From: Fimicolochytrium jonesii | Taxonomy: Eukaryota | NCBI RefSeq assembly: GCF_025526975.1 | Contig: NW_026515690.1 | Span: 434,001-498,000, forward strand | Direction of reading: 5' to 3' | DNA: 64,000 nt | Shown: positions 13,951 through 26,905 of the stretch, piece by piece | Layout of the letters: every line of letters begins with the position of its first letter | How positions within the stretch are numbered: position 1 is the first letter of the stretch | Notes under the pieces: model-generated | Database searches by the model: none | What the model saw: only the letters and a program-made list of their open reading frames with translations | What the model was told of the DNA's origin: nothing | Made by a program: the position numbers and the translations under genes

Positions 13951-15660
13951 CTATCGTCGCCGGTGATCCCTATCCCTATCCCAATCCCGCCGATCGGGGC
14001 TCCGTCTACCCCTGTCTCTCCGGTCTGGGCTCCTACTCCTGCTCCGTCTCCTATATCCACTCCTACTCCCCTCACCTCCACTCCGCCTCCTATCCTCTCT
14101 CTCCCTATCACTCTCCCTAGCCCTTCCCACCCTGTCCCTATACGTCACCTCCTCACGCCGTCTATCCATCTCAGGTTTCTGGTTCGCGCGCTCGTCAGGC
14201 CGACTTCGGGATCCCCCGTTTTTCTTTTGTTTCTCGCCTTCGAGATCGCCGGCATGCTCGAATACGAGGTCGTACGACTCGTCGCCGTGGCCGTCGCCGC
14301 CTCGGTAGCGGGTGCGGCGTTCGAGGGCGGGACCGCCAAAGTCTGTGTTGAATTTGGTGCGTTTCCCCACTGGAGATTGGTGAAGAGAAACGTGGTTAGA
14401 CGGAAGGGAGCTGGGTGGAAGGTAAAGTATCGGGGGGCGGAACTTACTCAAAAAGTCGGTGTGGAGTTTGGAAACGCTTTGTGAGAAATCAACGTGGATT
14501 CGGCGGTCGTCTATCAAGACGTTGTCCATTTTGACGTAGGCCTATGGGATTGCTGCATGTCAATACCGTTCCGCCATCTTGAGGCTCCACAGTCCATCGT
14601 TCGCCCGTACCTCTTCACAGGATTCCTTGTTATCAAACTCGATAAAGGAGTAGCACAAAGAGTCTCCCGTCTTCTTATCGCGCACCACTTCGCAACTGAA
14701 TATACGATGCAAATCAGCCTTTTCTACGAAATCCACGAAGCAAAACCGGTCTTTCAACAGCGTCAACACCCACCTCAAAATAGTCCCAAACCGCGAAAAA
14801 ATCAGCTCCAAATCCTCATCCCTCGTCACCGGATTCAGCTTACACACAAACAACACGTTCTCCGGCGGCTTAATCTCCGCAAACGGCAAATCCCCAACCA
14901 TCTCCAACGTCAACGCCCGCGCCGCCGCCTCCTCCTGCCGTTCCCGCCGCTCCAGCTCCTCGGGGGGTAAGTCGGGGACCAGTTCCTCGTCCTCGCCGAT
15001 CCGGCCGGATTTCAACATCTCTTCGGTGGGCACGGGGGAGCGGTCCGGGATGATTAGCCCCGGTGGGTCCGGGAAGGGATCGTCGAGGACGATGGTGTGT
15101 TTGATTCGGATGTCGCGGTAGGGTCGGCCGTCTTCGTCGGCTATTGCGGCGTTGATTTGGTCGAGGACATCGAGGCCTTCGACGACCCGCCCAAAGACTG
15201 CATGCTTGCCGTCGAGGTAGTCGAGGTGGTTTTCGGAGAGGGTGATGAAGAACTGGGACCCGGCGACGGCTGCCCCGCTTGCGTCGGATTCGGTTGTGGC
15301 GAACGAGACGGTGCCTTTTCGCTTGTGTTTGAGTTTTGGGTGGACTTCTGGTGTGAAGTATCTTCGAGACGGGCCCTGTATCACACTGGGAAAAAGGAGA
15401 GACCGTTCAACCTCCATTCAAAAACATGCAATTGCCCTTTGAAACGATCCTACTCACCCCCACACAGACTCACCGCCTTTCCCCGTGCCCAGTGGGTCCC
15501 CAGTCTGCGCCGTGAAGTTCTTTTGCACAGAGTGGAACAAGACAAAGTTGTAGTACTTGATTTTGCACAGTTTGAGGAAGTTCGTCGATGCTTTCGGGGC
15601 TTTGTCGACTTCGAGGTCAATGACGATCTCCCCTAGCGAAGTTTCCAGTAAGACCGACAT
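13951..15660 (-). CDS. PPIL4: Cyclophilin-RRM protein PPIL4 (Cyp59/Rct1-like) with RS/RD-rich tail
   Basis: [86 protein letters not shown]. Confidence 0.95.
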
Positions 15661-16202
15661 TTCTTCTTTCCGGCGACGGCGGAGGGTCGGAACAAGAGGA
15701 GGGGAGCTTCAGTGGGTATGTGTATTATGTACAGGCGTTTCTTGAATAGAATAGCGTAGGGGATGCCTTCCGGGGTTTAACCAAAAGTGTGTTTTCGAAC
15801 CCATTTCGAACCACGGTGGAGAGGGATGCAGGAGCACCTAGAGGAGCACGCGTTCCAGAGGCTCGCGTTTCCTGCCCGTCTTCCCCGCTGCTCACGATTT
15901 ACAACCTATCGCCGGCGGGCTCAAGCTTCCGCCCCGACCCCTCCTGGCTCCCGGCAAGCTTAGAACAACCGTTCCACTGAGGTAAAGCACAGCAATCAGA
16001 AGAAAACTTCTCCAGAAGATCGAAAAAAAAATCTGATTTTCAGGCAGATATGCCTTTCTATATACAAAGACGACCGGAGCAGGCAGTGAAACCCATGCAC
16101 GTCCTTTGACCACGAGCTCTAGCCACCCAGGCATCACCTTATGGGTTCCCTCACAACACAAGGCATCACTGCATCCCCGCAAAAAAGCCAGAAAAGCACG
16201 CC

Positions 16203-18066
16203 TCAATCCGACGCACCAAAAAGGTCAGGCTTGCCAACAGCGATCAGCATAACGACGTTGAGTCCAGTGATGATGAGCCCGCAGAGGGTAGCGATAGCGA
16301 TCGTGAAGTAGTTGTTTGCGTAGTTGTGCGTCGTGGGTTCGTTTCTGCTGTCCGCTTGGAATTTGACTGTCATGTAGGCTGTGAAATGTGAAGAGTTGCT
16401 TTCGTCAGTATGTCGTGTCAAGTCGAATGGAATAAATCCAGGATGACCCCTCACCTTTGCGAGACGTGAACCAGATCAACGGCCATATAGAAAACGGAAG
16501 CTGGACGCTCAAGATGACTTGACTAACGACCAGAAGCTCATCAAGGCCGTTCGACCCTTTAACGAGGACGACAACCAGAGCGGGGATAAGCGCCAAGCCC
16601 CGCGAGACAAGGCGGCGGACCCACGGCTTAACCCTGAACCGCGAGCCCAAGAACCCCGACATGACAACCTGTCCCGCGATCGTCCCCGTGATAGTGGAGC
16701 TTTGCCCCGATGCCAAAAGCGCGATTCCAAAAATGACGGCAAATGCCGGTGAAAGCAGCTTGCCAAGCAGATCGTAAGCGTCGTGGAGGGTGGCGATTTG
16801 CGTGTTGCCGGTGGTGTAGAAGGCTGCTCCGGCGACGATGAGGATGGCGGAGTTAATGAAGAGGGCGTAGGTCAGGGAGAGGATGCAGTCGATTGTGGTG
16901 TATTTGATTGTCTTTGGGAGGAGTTTCATGTGGTGTCGCGCTAAGGGGGCGTCGGCCTTCTCAAAGGCCTCGGGAACGATGGTTCCGGTGGGCAGTAGAG
17001 TGGCTGGTGCTGTTTGACTGTAGCGGTATTGGATCAAGTGAGTGTGCAGGAACAGGTTGTGCGGCATAATCTAGAATGACAGACGCGGTTAAGTCTCCTG
17101 GAGAAGGATTGCAAGATTTTGGATAACGGAACTAACCGTGGCGCCAACGATTCCCATGAAGATCCATAGCTGGTCACCGTTAGTGAACAGCTCCCTATGC
17201 GGGATGTAGCCCTCAAAGACGTCTCCCCAGTTGGGTCCGACCTTAATCAGCAATGCAACGAAGCACACACCGATAATCCCAACCAGCGCCATGATTCCGA
17301 ATTCGAACCACCGCAAGTATTTCGGCCCAAAGCCAAACAAGATGATCAACACGTCCAAACCGGTGATAGCCACAGCCCACGGTAGAGGGCATTTGAACAA
17401 GAGGTTCAGCGCTATCGCGGCGCCAATGACTTCGGCAAGATCGGTGGCGATAATCGCGGCCTCCGCGGTCAGGTAAAGAAAGAAGTTCGCCCAAGGATTG
17501 AAACTGTGCCTGCACAGCTCCGCGAGGTCTTTACCGGTCACGAGGCCAGCCTTCACCGCTAGGGACTGCAGGAGCATGGCTACGGTGCTTGCGAAGAGAA
17601 TCGCAAACAAGGGATTATAGTAGAACTGGGAACCACCGCTCAGGTCGGTGGCCCAGTTTCCGGGGTCCATGTAGCCGACGGCAATCATGGACCCCGGACC
17701 AATGAATCTTAGGAGAGTTCGGTACCAAGGGGTCTCGGGAGCGCCGCCAAGCGAAGCGACGAATGGCGAAGGAAGTCCCGGGCCATGAATCATGATTTCT
17801 TTGAGTCCAGGATCTTCCATGCTGCCTTCCTTGCATGTGCGTGTGCGAATATTCTCAAGATCCCCATCCTCCTCCACCACGACAAAGTCTTCAGCAGTAG
17901 TGGCGACTCCGGTGCCTCCGCCTACTTGGTTTGCGTCGCGTAGTGCCCTCGCGCCTAGCGCAGCTTCTGCGTGACGAGGACTTGTTACGTCTAGAGACGA
18001 CGGCTGAGAGGGCTGGGATTCCTCGCCGGAGGCGGATGGGGGCGGTACTATACTTGGTTTGTTCAT
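16203..18066 (-). CDS. NRAMP-family divalent metal (Mn/Fe) transporter, SMF-like
   Basis: YMDPGNW, DLAEVIG, GATV/MPHNLFLH, ASGQSSTITGTIAGQ. Confidence 0.95.
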
Positions 18067-18692
18067 GGCTTTTCAACCGCACTGGGGGGTTGGTGGGAAG
18101 TTCAGGTTTAGGGGTCGGTTGGATAGTGCTGCTGGGCGCTTGGAAGTGCTCGTTCCGCAGGCGGATAGGTTTCAGGTAACTCTTACGGCTTGTCTGTGGC
18201 GACGACCGAGATCGCTTCTTGGCATATACGGGTTCTCGTGGGAAACTGGGAAAAGTGCAGCACTGCCCGTGGGGAATGACGAGTTGGAGTTGGGGGGGGG
18301 GTTGCGCGTATTTATGGTTTCTGGCGCATCGGAGGAAACCGGAGCACGTCGGCGGAGAACAGGAGAACGAGGGACGTGTTTTGGAATTGAATCCATTCGA
18401 GAACGCGCGGAGAGGGCCCCATTACGCACCCGTTAGGAATGTGGTGGGTGGATAAGTAACACTGGCTGCATTGACGCCTTGGGTAATACTAGTACTAGAG
18501 AGAGAGGAAAGGGACGCGTTTGATTAGCGGCCTGCCCTCTTCGCACCGCGCAAGAAAGCCCCTCTCCGGAAAAAGTGGTCAGAGAACTCTCAGAGAACTC
18601 TCGCCAACCACCACTCCCACACCCCCCCCCCCCCCCCCCCCGCTCCCCTCAGTCTCACACCTACCTCTCAATCAACCTACCCAGAGAAAACT

Positions 18693-20919
18693 ATGGTCTC
18701 CCAGACGTTCGAGTGGAAAGAGGGCGGTCATAACGTACGTGTTCGTCCTCACTGGGAACGTGAAGGGCCAGTGGGACAGACAGCAATGGAGCGTGATCGT
18801 GGAAACAAAACCTGCCCACAGACGTGCTAACGGATCGTTCTCTTCTCCCATTCTGTGCGCATCAACCCATGACAGGTCGTGCTTACTGGCGACTTTATCG
18901 ACTGGTCCCAGGACCTCGTCGCTGAGAAGGTGGGTTGGGTGTTCAGTCACGGAAAGCCATTTGAAAGTCCGCGCCCGCGATCTGCTCTTTTGACGTGTTG
19001 CAACACAGGGCGAGGACGGTGTGTTTCGCGCTAAACTTGAGCGCGCTCCGGGAACAAAAATCGTCTTCAAGTTTGTCGTCGACGGTGACTGGAGGAACGC
19101 TACAAACTACCCCACTGAGGCGGATGAGTCGGTGAGTTGCGCGAGCGGAGCGAGCCGTGATATTGACTGCGAGCCGCGAGCTACAGCGAAGCGCAAGCGG
19201 AGCGAGCCACGTTGCGCCAAAGGCGCAATCCTCCCCTAACCACGGTTCCCAGCGGGCCTCAGCGAGCGTCAGATCTTGTGCGAGCGAAGCGAGCACCACA
19301 TTGCGTCAAAGGCGCAAGACTCCCCTAACCACGTAGCCCAACCTCCTCGTCGCGAGCGGAGCGAGCAGGGTATCGTTTCAACCACCCATACACTCAACCA
19401 CCCAACCAACCTTCACTTCGCTTCGGACATGCGACGTGAGACTTGGTGATGACGAGCAACTAATCCATACTGTCGGTTCATAGGGCAACCAAAACAACTT
19501 CTTTGTTTTCCCGGAAGACGTGATTGTCGATGACGTTCCCGCCCATGTCGTCTCTGCCGGTTCCATCCCTGACGTGATCTCCAACAGCGCCGGTATCGTT
19601 ATTCAGCCCCAGGAGGAACCCGTCGTCGTTCCAGAACCTACCAGCGTTGAGGCCCCCGGAGAACATCACGCTGAAGTCGCAAAGACCGAGGAACCTGTCG
19701 TGGCAGCACCCGAGGAGGTTGCCCACCCGCACCCCGTTGACGAGCCCAGCATCGCCACCGTCGATGAGGTCCAGGGCCACGTGGAAACTGTGGATTCTAC
19801 CCCCGAGAAGGTCGTAGAGCGTGAGGAGCCCGTGCAACCTACGCACATCGAAACGGAGGCCGTGCAGGACGCAGCCCCCGTCGTCGCCGCTCACGAGCCC
19901 AAAGTCATCGACCTCGCCACCGCAGAGGTCCTCGCTCCCGCGCCCCTCCCCGTCGCTGAAACTGTGCCCGAACCCAAACTGGAGCACGTCACGACCTCCG
20001 TCAACACCACCACCTCTGCTGCCCCCATGCTCGACACCCCCGAGATCGAACCGTTCACCGTCCCATTCACCACAACCTCTTCGGACGGCGCCATCGTTGA
20101 CGAGCCGGGAGATGTGCACGTGATCACGAAGGAGGTCAAGACGACCATCATTGAAGCGGAGACTATTGAAGAGGCTGTCAAGGCGTTCGACCAGGATGTA
20201 CCCGCGACCTCCACACTGGCGGTTGAGAACCCCGTGGTTGAGTCCACCCGCGAATCGTCCGTCGCGTCCCTGCCGGCTGTGGAACCTACCCTCGCCCTTC
20301 CCCCCGTTGATGCCGCTCCTGCCGCTGTTCTGCAAGCCCCGGTTGAGGAATACAAGCCGGTCGTTGAAGAACCTACCCCCGTCGTCGCGCCCACACCCGC
20401 TGCTGAAATCAAAACCCCCGAACTTGTCCCCGAAACCCCTGCTACCGAGTCCAAACCCGCCGCTGTTGAGCCCGCCGCTGTTGAGCCCATTGAACCCGCA
20501 CATACCACTACCGCCGCCGCCGCACCCGTCGAACCTGCAGTCCCAGCTCAGGAACCGGAAACGCCCGCCCCTGCGGCGCCTGAACGCACGACGTCGGTAG
20601 TGGAGGAGGCTAAGCTGGAAACACCCAAGCCTAGCATTGAGACAACTCACGTAAGAAACACCATAATGATTTTGAAGCCTGTGAAAGACTCCCTATCTGA
20701 CTAACGGTCTAATGTTCCTATGCCCGCCCACAGTCCAACACGTCCGCGTCGAAGGTAACCTCCCCATCGGCGGCGAGCCCCAGTAAGAAGCCCGGGTTCT
20801 GGAAAAAGGTACGTTCTCGGACCTATCCTCGTAGCTCTCGAGTTTACGCCTGGAAAGCCCCCAATCTAACATCCCCCTCGCTCCCACCCCCCTCTCAGTT
20901 CAAGACCATGTTCAAATAA
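18693..20919 (+). CDS. CBM48 (AMPK glycogen-binding-like) domain protein with long Glu/Pro/Ala/Val-rich tail (Mdg1/Crp1-like)
   Basis: Spliced N-terminus MVSQTFEW..GGHNVVLTGDFIDWS..FKFVVDGDW..DESGNQNN; ORF 19520-20704 is low complexity; ends KKPGFWKKFKTMFK*. Confidence 0.8.
19139..19366. repeat. Intronic repeat cluster: GCGAGCG(G/A)AGCGAGC motifs and a duplicated hairpin-containing unit
   Basis: Motif at ~19141, 19192, 19280 and 19352. Unit CCAC-TTGCGYCAAAGGCGCAA-..CTCCCCTAACCACG occurs at ~19206-19243 and ~19296-19333. Confidence 0.7.
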
Positions 20920-21567
20920 CGCATTCCCTCCGACCACCCAAACATGAATTCTCGCTCGCTTCTTCGGGACAAACCGACCACCAAATCCATATCCCCAACA
21001 CATTCCCCACCCCCGTCTCACACCCTTCGAAACAACACCCAACACCCCCCAAAAAACGACTCTGTGGACCGCTAATACCCGGCCACCCCCCTTAATCCTC
21101 ATGGAACTCTTTCCCACTACCCCTGCTTATTGTATCACAAAGTACTACTCTCTCTGGGATTCGGGTTTTGTCAAACTCGAATCCCATGTGGCAGTGTCCC
21201 TTTTCACCCCCCCCCCCCCCCCAAAACCTCTTTTTGTACTTTTCTTCTTGTGTGTCTCTTTTACCCTTATAGAAATTTGGAAATGATATGAAAATACGTT
21301 TGTTTGGATGAGATGGTTCCGTGGGACTTTTGGGTGTGGTTGGATATGTGTACAGGCGTCTAAGATGGCTTTTCAGAATGTCTCATGGTTGCCGATATCA
21401 TCAGGCAGCTTTCGTTCCCCGCTCGCGGCTCATACGGCCTGGCAAAGAGCAAATCGAGTTGGAGCGGGTGGGCAGGGCGGGTGAGAGATTGAGGCAGTTG
21501 GTGTATAATAAAAATCATGTCTATATATCGATCGACGACAACAGGCACTCAGTCAGGCCAAGAGGGA

Positions 21568-22712
21568 TCAGATCAGTTTCTGTTGGGCGCGTCGAGAAGA
21601 GATGTAGTCAGATTTCGAGTACACTGAAATGATGCAGCGCGGGATGCAGGAAGCCATCGTCTGATTGGCGTCTTACGAACCTTTGCCTGGAAGTAGCTCC
21701 TCAGATATGCAATCTGCCAGACTCCCGATGCGACAAGGGTGATGATTGTGAACGTGTTGAACCATTTCACTCGCGAGTTTGTCGATTCTGTAAGCAACAA
21801 TGGAGTCGGTACATATCAGCCCAGGCGCGCATCGCATTGAATGGAGATCATGAGCCCAAGACCCATAGGTGTCCCGCCACACACGCACGCACGCACACAC
21901 TCACCATTAACATCCCTCAAAGCGGACTCCCTCCCCTTATACTCCTCCATCTGATCAATAACATCATGCAACAGCGCCTCCAACCTCATCAGCTCAAGCT
22001 CCACCGGCTTCAGTTTCTTATTCTTCAACTCATCACTCATATCCAGCGCCTCAGCGCCCGTGTCGACGTGCAGGGCGATGGACCGTTTCAGCTCCTGCGT
22101 GACCTTGATCCCGGGGCTGACGGTGTTGGTGAAGCAGAATTGCACGTCGGCTTCGTCGTGCGTTGTGAAGGCGAATTTTTGGTCGTCGGTTATGTCGAGT
22201 TTGTGCCTGGGATGGGGGGATGGGGGGTGGTGAGGTGGAAAAAGGATGTGAGAGAGATGGGGGGGGGGGGGGGGGGGGGGGATCTTACCAGTATTTGTTT
22301 GCGTGGGGGCCTTCGTCGAAAACCTGTGGAAGATGGCGCAATGGTGAGTGCATGCCTCAAACATTTGTTCTTCCCACTCGCAGCTCTGGCAACACTCTCT
22401 AATAATCACACCTCTCCTCTCTGCCTTCACACCATCCCTCCCCTGCCCACTCTCTTTCCCACCCACACTGCCCAGCACACTCCTTTATCATACCTCCAAA
22501 TCAACCTTCTGGTGATCCCCGTGCGGCACCGACACAGTAACGACCACCAGCTGCTTCTCCCTGATATTCTGCGAGATACATCTCTGCGTCCCTGGCTGGT
22601 GTGATGCGGTTAGGTCGAACTTTAGCGCTTGGGATGGTGATGTGAGGAGGAGGAGGGCGGCAGCGAGGACGAGGAGGATTTGGGACGCGAGTGGCTGGGT
22701 GGGTCTTGACAT
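21568..22712 (-). CDS. ERV25: p24/emp24/gp25L family cargo receptor, delta type (Erv25/Tmp21-like)
   Basis: Signal peptide, GOLD domain (RCISQ..QFCFTN), KLKPVELELMRLE, ESTNSRVKWF, WQIAYLRSYFQAKKLI*. Confidence 0.88.
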
Positions 22713-23077
22713 TATAGCGGTTGTCGGGGGCGGTATGCGGGGAGGGCAAGTGGTGTGAAGCAAGGGTTATCTGGGTGGCCGGTCGCCGGAGTGCAGTCCT
22801 TTGCGTTACGACGAGACCGCTGGCAATCTTGCGCAAATGCAAAGGCAGCCGCACGAGAAAGCGAGACGCCCCACAGGAAGACAACGCGTCCACGGCCTTT
22901 CCCCTTTTTCCCTGCCTTTTTCCCAAACTGCCGTCGCATTCCTATGTCCCCCCTAGTCTTGAACAACTCCCTATATCGAAAACCCATACTCCTAGGAATT
23001 CCCTCCTCCTCAATTAACTTCGCAGTAGCAGTGTTTTTCCGTTGCTACCAGGCACCCGCTTCGAAAAAAGTCTCAGA

Positions 23078-23888
23078 ATGCCCACGCCTCTCACAAAAAC
23101 ACCGGCCTCCTCGGCAACACCTTCTTCTTCCACTGCCGCACAGGCACCACCACCACCAAAACGAAAAAGCACCAGCGAAATCGACGATATCTTTAGCGGC
23201 AAGAAACCGAAAACAGAAATAGACGCCGACGGGTTCGCTATCCCCGCCCTGCCAGTCCCATCGAAACTAAGCAGAAATCAGAAGAAAAGGCTAAAGGAGA
23301 AAGAGAAAGGGAAGGCGGCTGAAAGCGCGGATACGGTTTCAAGTGCTGGGAAAGCGGTAGCGCCATTGATAGCAGACTCAAAGAAAAAAGAAGGGGATCC
23401 ACAGGAGGAGGATGATGATGATAGTGGTGCGGAAAGCGAGGACGGGCCTGACGACGACGAGGTGTTTGAAAACATCACGGACGAGAAGGAGATCCGGGCG
23501 CGGGTCGCTGAAGCGCGAACGACGCGACCCAAACCTGTCGTTGAGACGATCGAGTTCAAAGACCCGACGTTTAGTAGTGGGAGTGGGAGTGGGGCCTTTG
23601 TGAAGCCGCCGAATGATGCGTTTGGTGATTCTCGGGGGTTGATTGCAACAAGTACGTGTCTCCTAACTTTTAAAATGGCTTGCTTGGAGCTTGATGCTGA
23701 CGCTGCTTACACTACAGGACGGACAGATGATGGGTTTGGAGTGTTCACCACCGATGAATTGGCCATTGGGAAAGGCGGAGGTGAGTGCCAGGTCATTTCC
23801 TCTTGAAGATAATCACAAACGTCTTGCTAATACCTCCGCCCCCTCAGATACTCCACAATGTCCCTTCGACTGCTGGTGCTGCTACTGA
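23078..23888 (+). CDS. DUF1764-family protein
   Basis: SEIDDIF near the N-terminus; F.DSRG, RTDDGFGVFTTDELAIGKGGDTPQCPFDCWCCY* at the C-terminus. Confidence 0.85.
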
Positions 23889-24318
23889 GCGCAAAGCCCT
23901 CGCATGCATGGGTGCTTCTCTTCCCGACTCCGAGGCCAATACGCTTTTGAACGTGCGACTATACCCGAATGGATCGGTTTGCGAAAACGATTGATTTTCC
24001 AGCTCGATGATATCGCTCGTGCATGAGGAGCTGTATATTCATTCGATTCATGCCATTCGAAAGCCACGAAACCTGCCGGAATGGTCGGGGACACTCGCTC
24101 AGGCGACGGAGAGGAGACGCACACGTGCAGGCCCGCAGCGGCCGTGGCTTTTGCGATAATTCAGGCTGTGGCTATTGCGATGATTCCAACTCTACGTAGA
24201 GTAATATAGACTCTAGACACAGCATCACAAAAAATCATGATGCCACCGATTTTGCACGTTTACGAAACGGGTCAATTCTTTCTGCTGCCGTCCATCCAAA
24301 GTGCATGTAGCGAGGGAG

Positions 24319-24468
24319 TTAGGGTTAAGGATTATTAGTTTGGGAGACTAGGGTTAGGGACAGGGTTTATGGTTGTGGGGAGGGTTAGGGTTATGACAAC
24401 TGACATTAGGGTTGAGAGTGAAAGGTTGGGTTAGGGTTACCTGCGGGTTGGAGTAAAAAGGGTTAAGG
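24319..24468 (+). repeat. Degenerate interstitial telomere-like (TTAGGG) tract
   Basis: Several TTAGGG/AGGGTT units (e.g. ~24319, 24349, 24381, 24406, 24431) interspersed with variant units. Confidence 0.65.
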
Positions 24469-25408
24469 ATTCCAGGCCGTTGCGTCATGATCGGCCAAGG
24501 TCCTCGTACTCCACAATTTTTTTCCCCAAAGTTTTCCTTTCTCTCTTCGACTTTCTGCACATGCAGCTGTCCAAGAGCTTTTGCTAGGTTCACGCCATGA
24601 TTGGTTGGCAAGCGGCGTCCCGTTCACTATGGGCGAAAGTATTAGAGGACGGATGATGTATTGCCGCACCGGCGCCGATACATCCCGAATGTATCAAAAC
24701 TTTCGAGCGAACGTCTTCTCAGGAATGCATCATGCGCTCCAAAAACAACAAACGCAGGGAGCTTGCAATGGACATTTTATTATCCCGAACAACATGGGCA
24801 TGATGAAAAAAGCGTCATGACAATTTTTATCGCCTGTCAGAAGGTGTTCGGGAGTGCCGTCATCTCAAGTTAGAAACCCCTGCGTATCGTCCCGCCAACT
24901 ACCAGCTCTTTCACGGCATGGCGCTGACCATGAACCGGAAGCATTCGCATCCGGTCAAGAAATACCAATCGTTTTCGAGCAGGAAAAGACAAACCTAATA
25001 CATATACAAATTTGCTTTTGGTGACATCTCAACGCGTGGCTCACGCGAAAACATCCCAAACATCCTGCTCTGCACGCGCTAGGCTACGTCAGCCAGTTGT
25101 CACGGACGGAGGACTTTGCCGAACTTTGCAAGTTGTTTTTCGCTGCATATAGGACATGGAGCGCGTGCGTAGGATCTGGAGAGTGGGCAAATCTGCGGGG
25201 CGATGGATATTTGGTTGCGGGACAGCCCGTCGGCTCGCTTTTTCTTTCCCGAGGGTGACGCAAGAAGGGTGTGGGATAAAGTGCGAGATGGTCGAGACGG
25301 GCAGCTTCCGAAGTATAAAAGACCGTAAGGTATGCCGCTCCTCCTCGAGATCCAGCACAGCTCTCGCACCCCTCCTCCCCCCTCATCGCAAGCGGCAACC
25401 AAGCAAAG

Positions 25409-26905
25409 ATGGTCTCCAACATCCTGCACACTGTCCTCCTAGCAGCGAGCCTCCTCCCCCTCGCGCACGCGGCGCCCGCCGACACCTGCAAGTACAAGGG
25501 CGCCCTCGTCAACTGGCAGCTCTTCAAGACCTGCAATCATGTCTGCAACCTCTACACGCCCACCACCGTCGCGGAGGCCCAGGCGATCGTGCGCAACTCC
25601 CTCGCCCTCGGCCGCGGAGTGAAAGCTGTCGGCGCAAGACACTCGTACACTGATAACCTGTGCAAGGAGAACGCTGATTTCATCGACATGACCAAGTTGC
25701 ATAACATCATTTCGATCAACAAGGACGAGGGGTGGGCATACTTCGAGGCTGGGACGACCTTTGGGGCGCTCGAGATTGCGTTGAAGAAGGAGGGTATGAC
25801 ATATGGGTTTGCGGCGCCCGCGTGGCCGCTCATCACCGTCGGCGGCGCGCTGGCGAACAGTGCGCACGGGAGTGGGTGGACGACCGGAGGCCCCATCACT
25901 GTGCCCGCCGCGACGTTGGCCGTGGACATCATCAACCCTCAGGGAGAACTGGAGACAATCACGGATGGCGACAAACTCGCTGCAATTAAGACCAACCTCG
26001 GCCTTCTCGGCGTTGTGGTCCGCATCAAGTACGCCGTGCACCCCTCCCGCAAGATGCGATACAGTCTCGAAGTCGTCTCCGACAAAGACGCCATCGCCGA
26101 CGGCCTCCTGTCAATCGTCGAGAAACAAGCCGGGACGATCGGGTGGTACATCCCCTCCTTCCAGACCATCGCGCTTGCCAAGATGTCCCACGCCGACGAC
26201 TACAGCGGTCCGCTGGCCTCCGGATCCGCTATCACCAACACCATGCAGACTTTCCGCCGCAATGTGCTCAGCAAGGCTATCGCGTGCAAGCTTGCCCTCT
26301 GCCCGTCACCCATCTCCAACAGCTCCGTCGTCCCCGTCGTCGGGTTGGAAGAGGACGTGATTGGCGGCGTTTCGGCCGTGTATGGCGATATTCTCAGCGT
26401 TATGGGCAAATTCGGGATCGTGCTCCCCATCGGTGTTGGCGACGACGAGTACGCGCTGCCCATTTCGCGTCACCAGGAGGCCATCGCGGCGGTAAAGGCC
26501 ACGTTCAAGGAATACCACGACATCGACATCAGCATCAAGGGCGTGTCGGCGGCCCTGCCCTTCGTGGAGATCCGCTTTGCGCCCGCGGAGGACACCGCGT
26601 ACCTCGCGCTCAACACCGACTCGGACCCGGCCGTGTGGGGACAGGGTACCGTGTGGATCGAGGTATGGTTCTTGACCTCCGAAGCAAACGAGAACCAGAT
26701 TGGGAAGTTCAGGAATGCGCTCCAGGCCCGTTTGTTGGCGCTTGGCGCTCGCCCGCATTGGGGAAAGACCAGGGAGGTTACCTTCCAGGGCGGGGTTAGG
26801 GACCGTTATAACGGCAACTTCGCCAAGTTTGAGGCGGTTCGTCATGCTATGGACTCCAAAAACACCTTCATGAACGAGTTCGCTACTCGTGCTGGTATTC
26901 AGTAG
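25409..26905 (+). CDS. Secreted FAD-linked aldonolactone oxidase-like protein (GULO/ALO, VAO family), intronless
   Basis: Signal peptide; VKAVGARHS (covalent FAD His), ITVGGALANSAHG, NLGLLGVV, EIRF, RPHWGK, DSKNTFMN; TATAAAA at ~25314. Confidence 0.9.
   Translation: MVSNILHTVLLAASLLPLAHAAPADTCKYKGALVNWQLFKTCNHVCNLYTPTTVAEAQAIVRNSLALGRGVKAVGARHSYTDNLCKENADFIDMTKLHNIISINKDEGWAYFEAGTTFGALEIALKKEGMTYGFAAPAWPLITVGGALANSAHGSGWTTGGPITVPAATLAVDIINPQGELETITDGDKLAAIKTNLGLLGVVVRIKYAVHPSRKMRYSLEVVSDKDAIADGLLSIVEKQAGTIGWYIPSFQTIALAKMSHADDYSGPLASGSAITNTMQTFRRNVLSKAIACKLALCPSPISNSSVVPVVGLEEDVIGGVSAVYGDILSVMGKFGIVLPIGVGDDEYALPISRHQEAIAAVKATFKEYHDIDISIKGVSAALPFVEIRFAPAEDTAYLALNTDSDPAVWGQGTVWIEVWFLTSEANENQIGKFRNALQARLLALGARPHWGKTREVTFQGGVRDRYNGNFAKFEAVRHAMDSKNTFMNEFATRAGIQ

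Noticed and set aside
19478..20650. Long antisense ORFs (390 and 205 aa) over the CBM48 gene; likewise 33953-34918 over EFL and 41917-42735 over the Mmc1-like gene
   Set aside because: Shadows of GC3-biased sense coding sequence, with no independent motifs.
24319..24468. True chromosome end
   Set aside because: Short, degenerate and flanked by genes on both sides.
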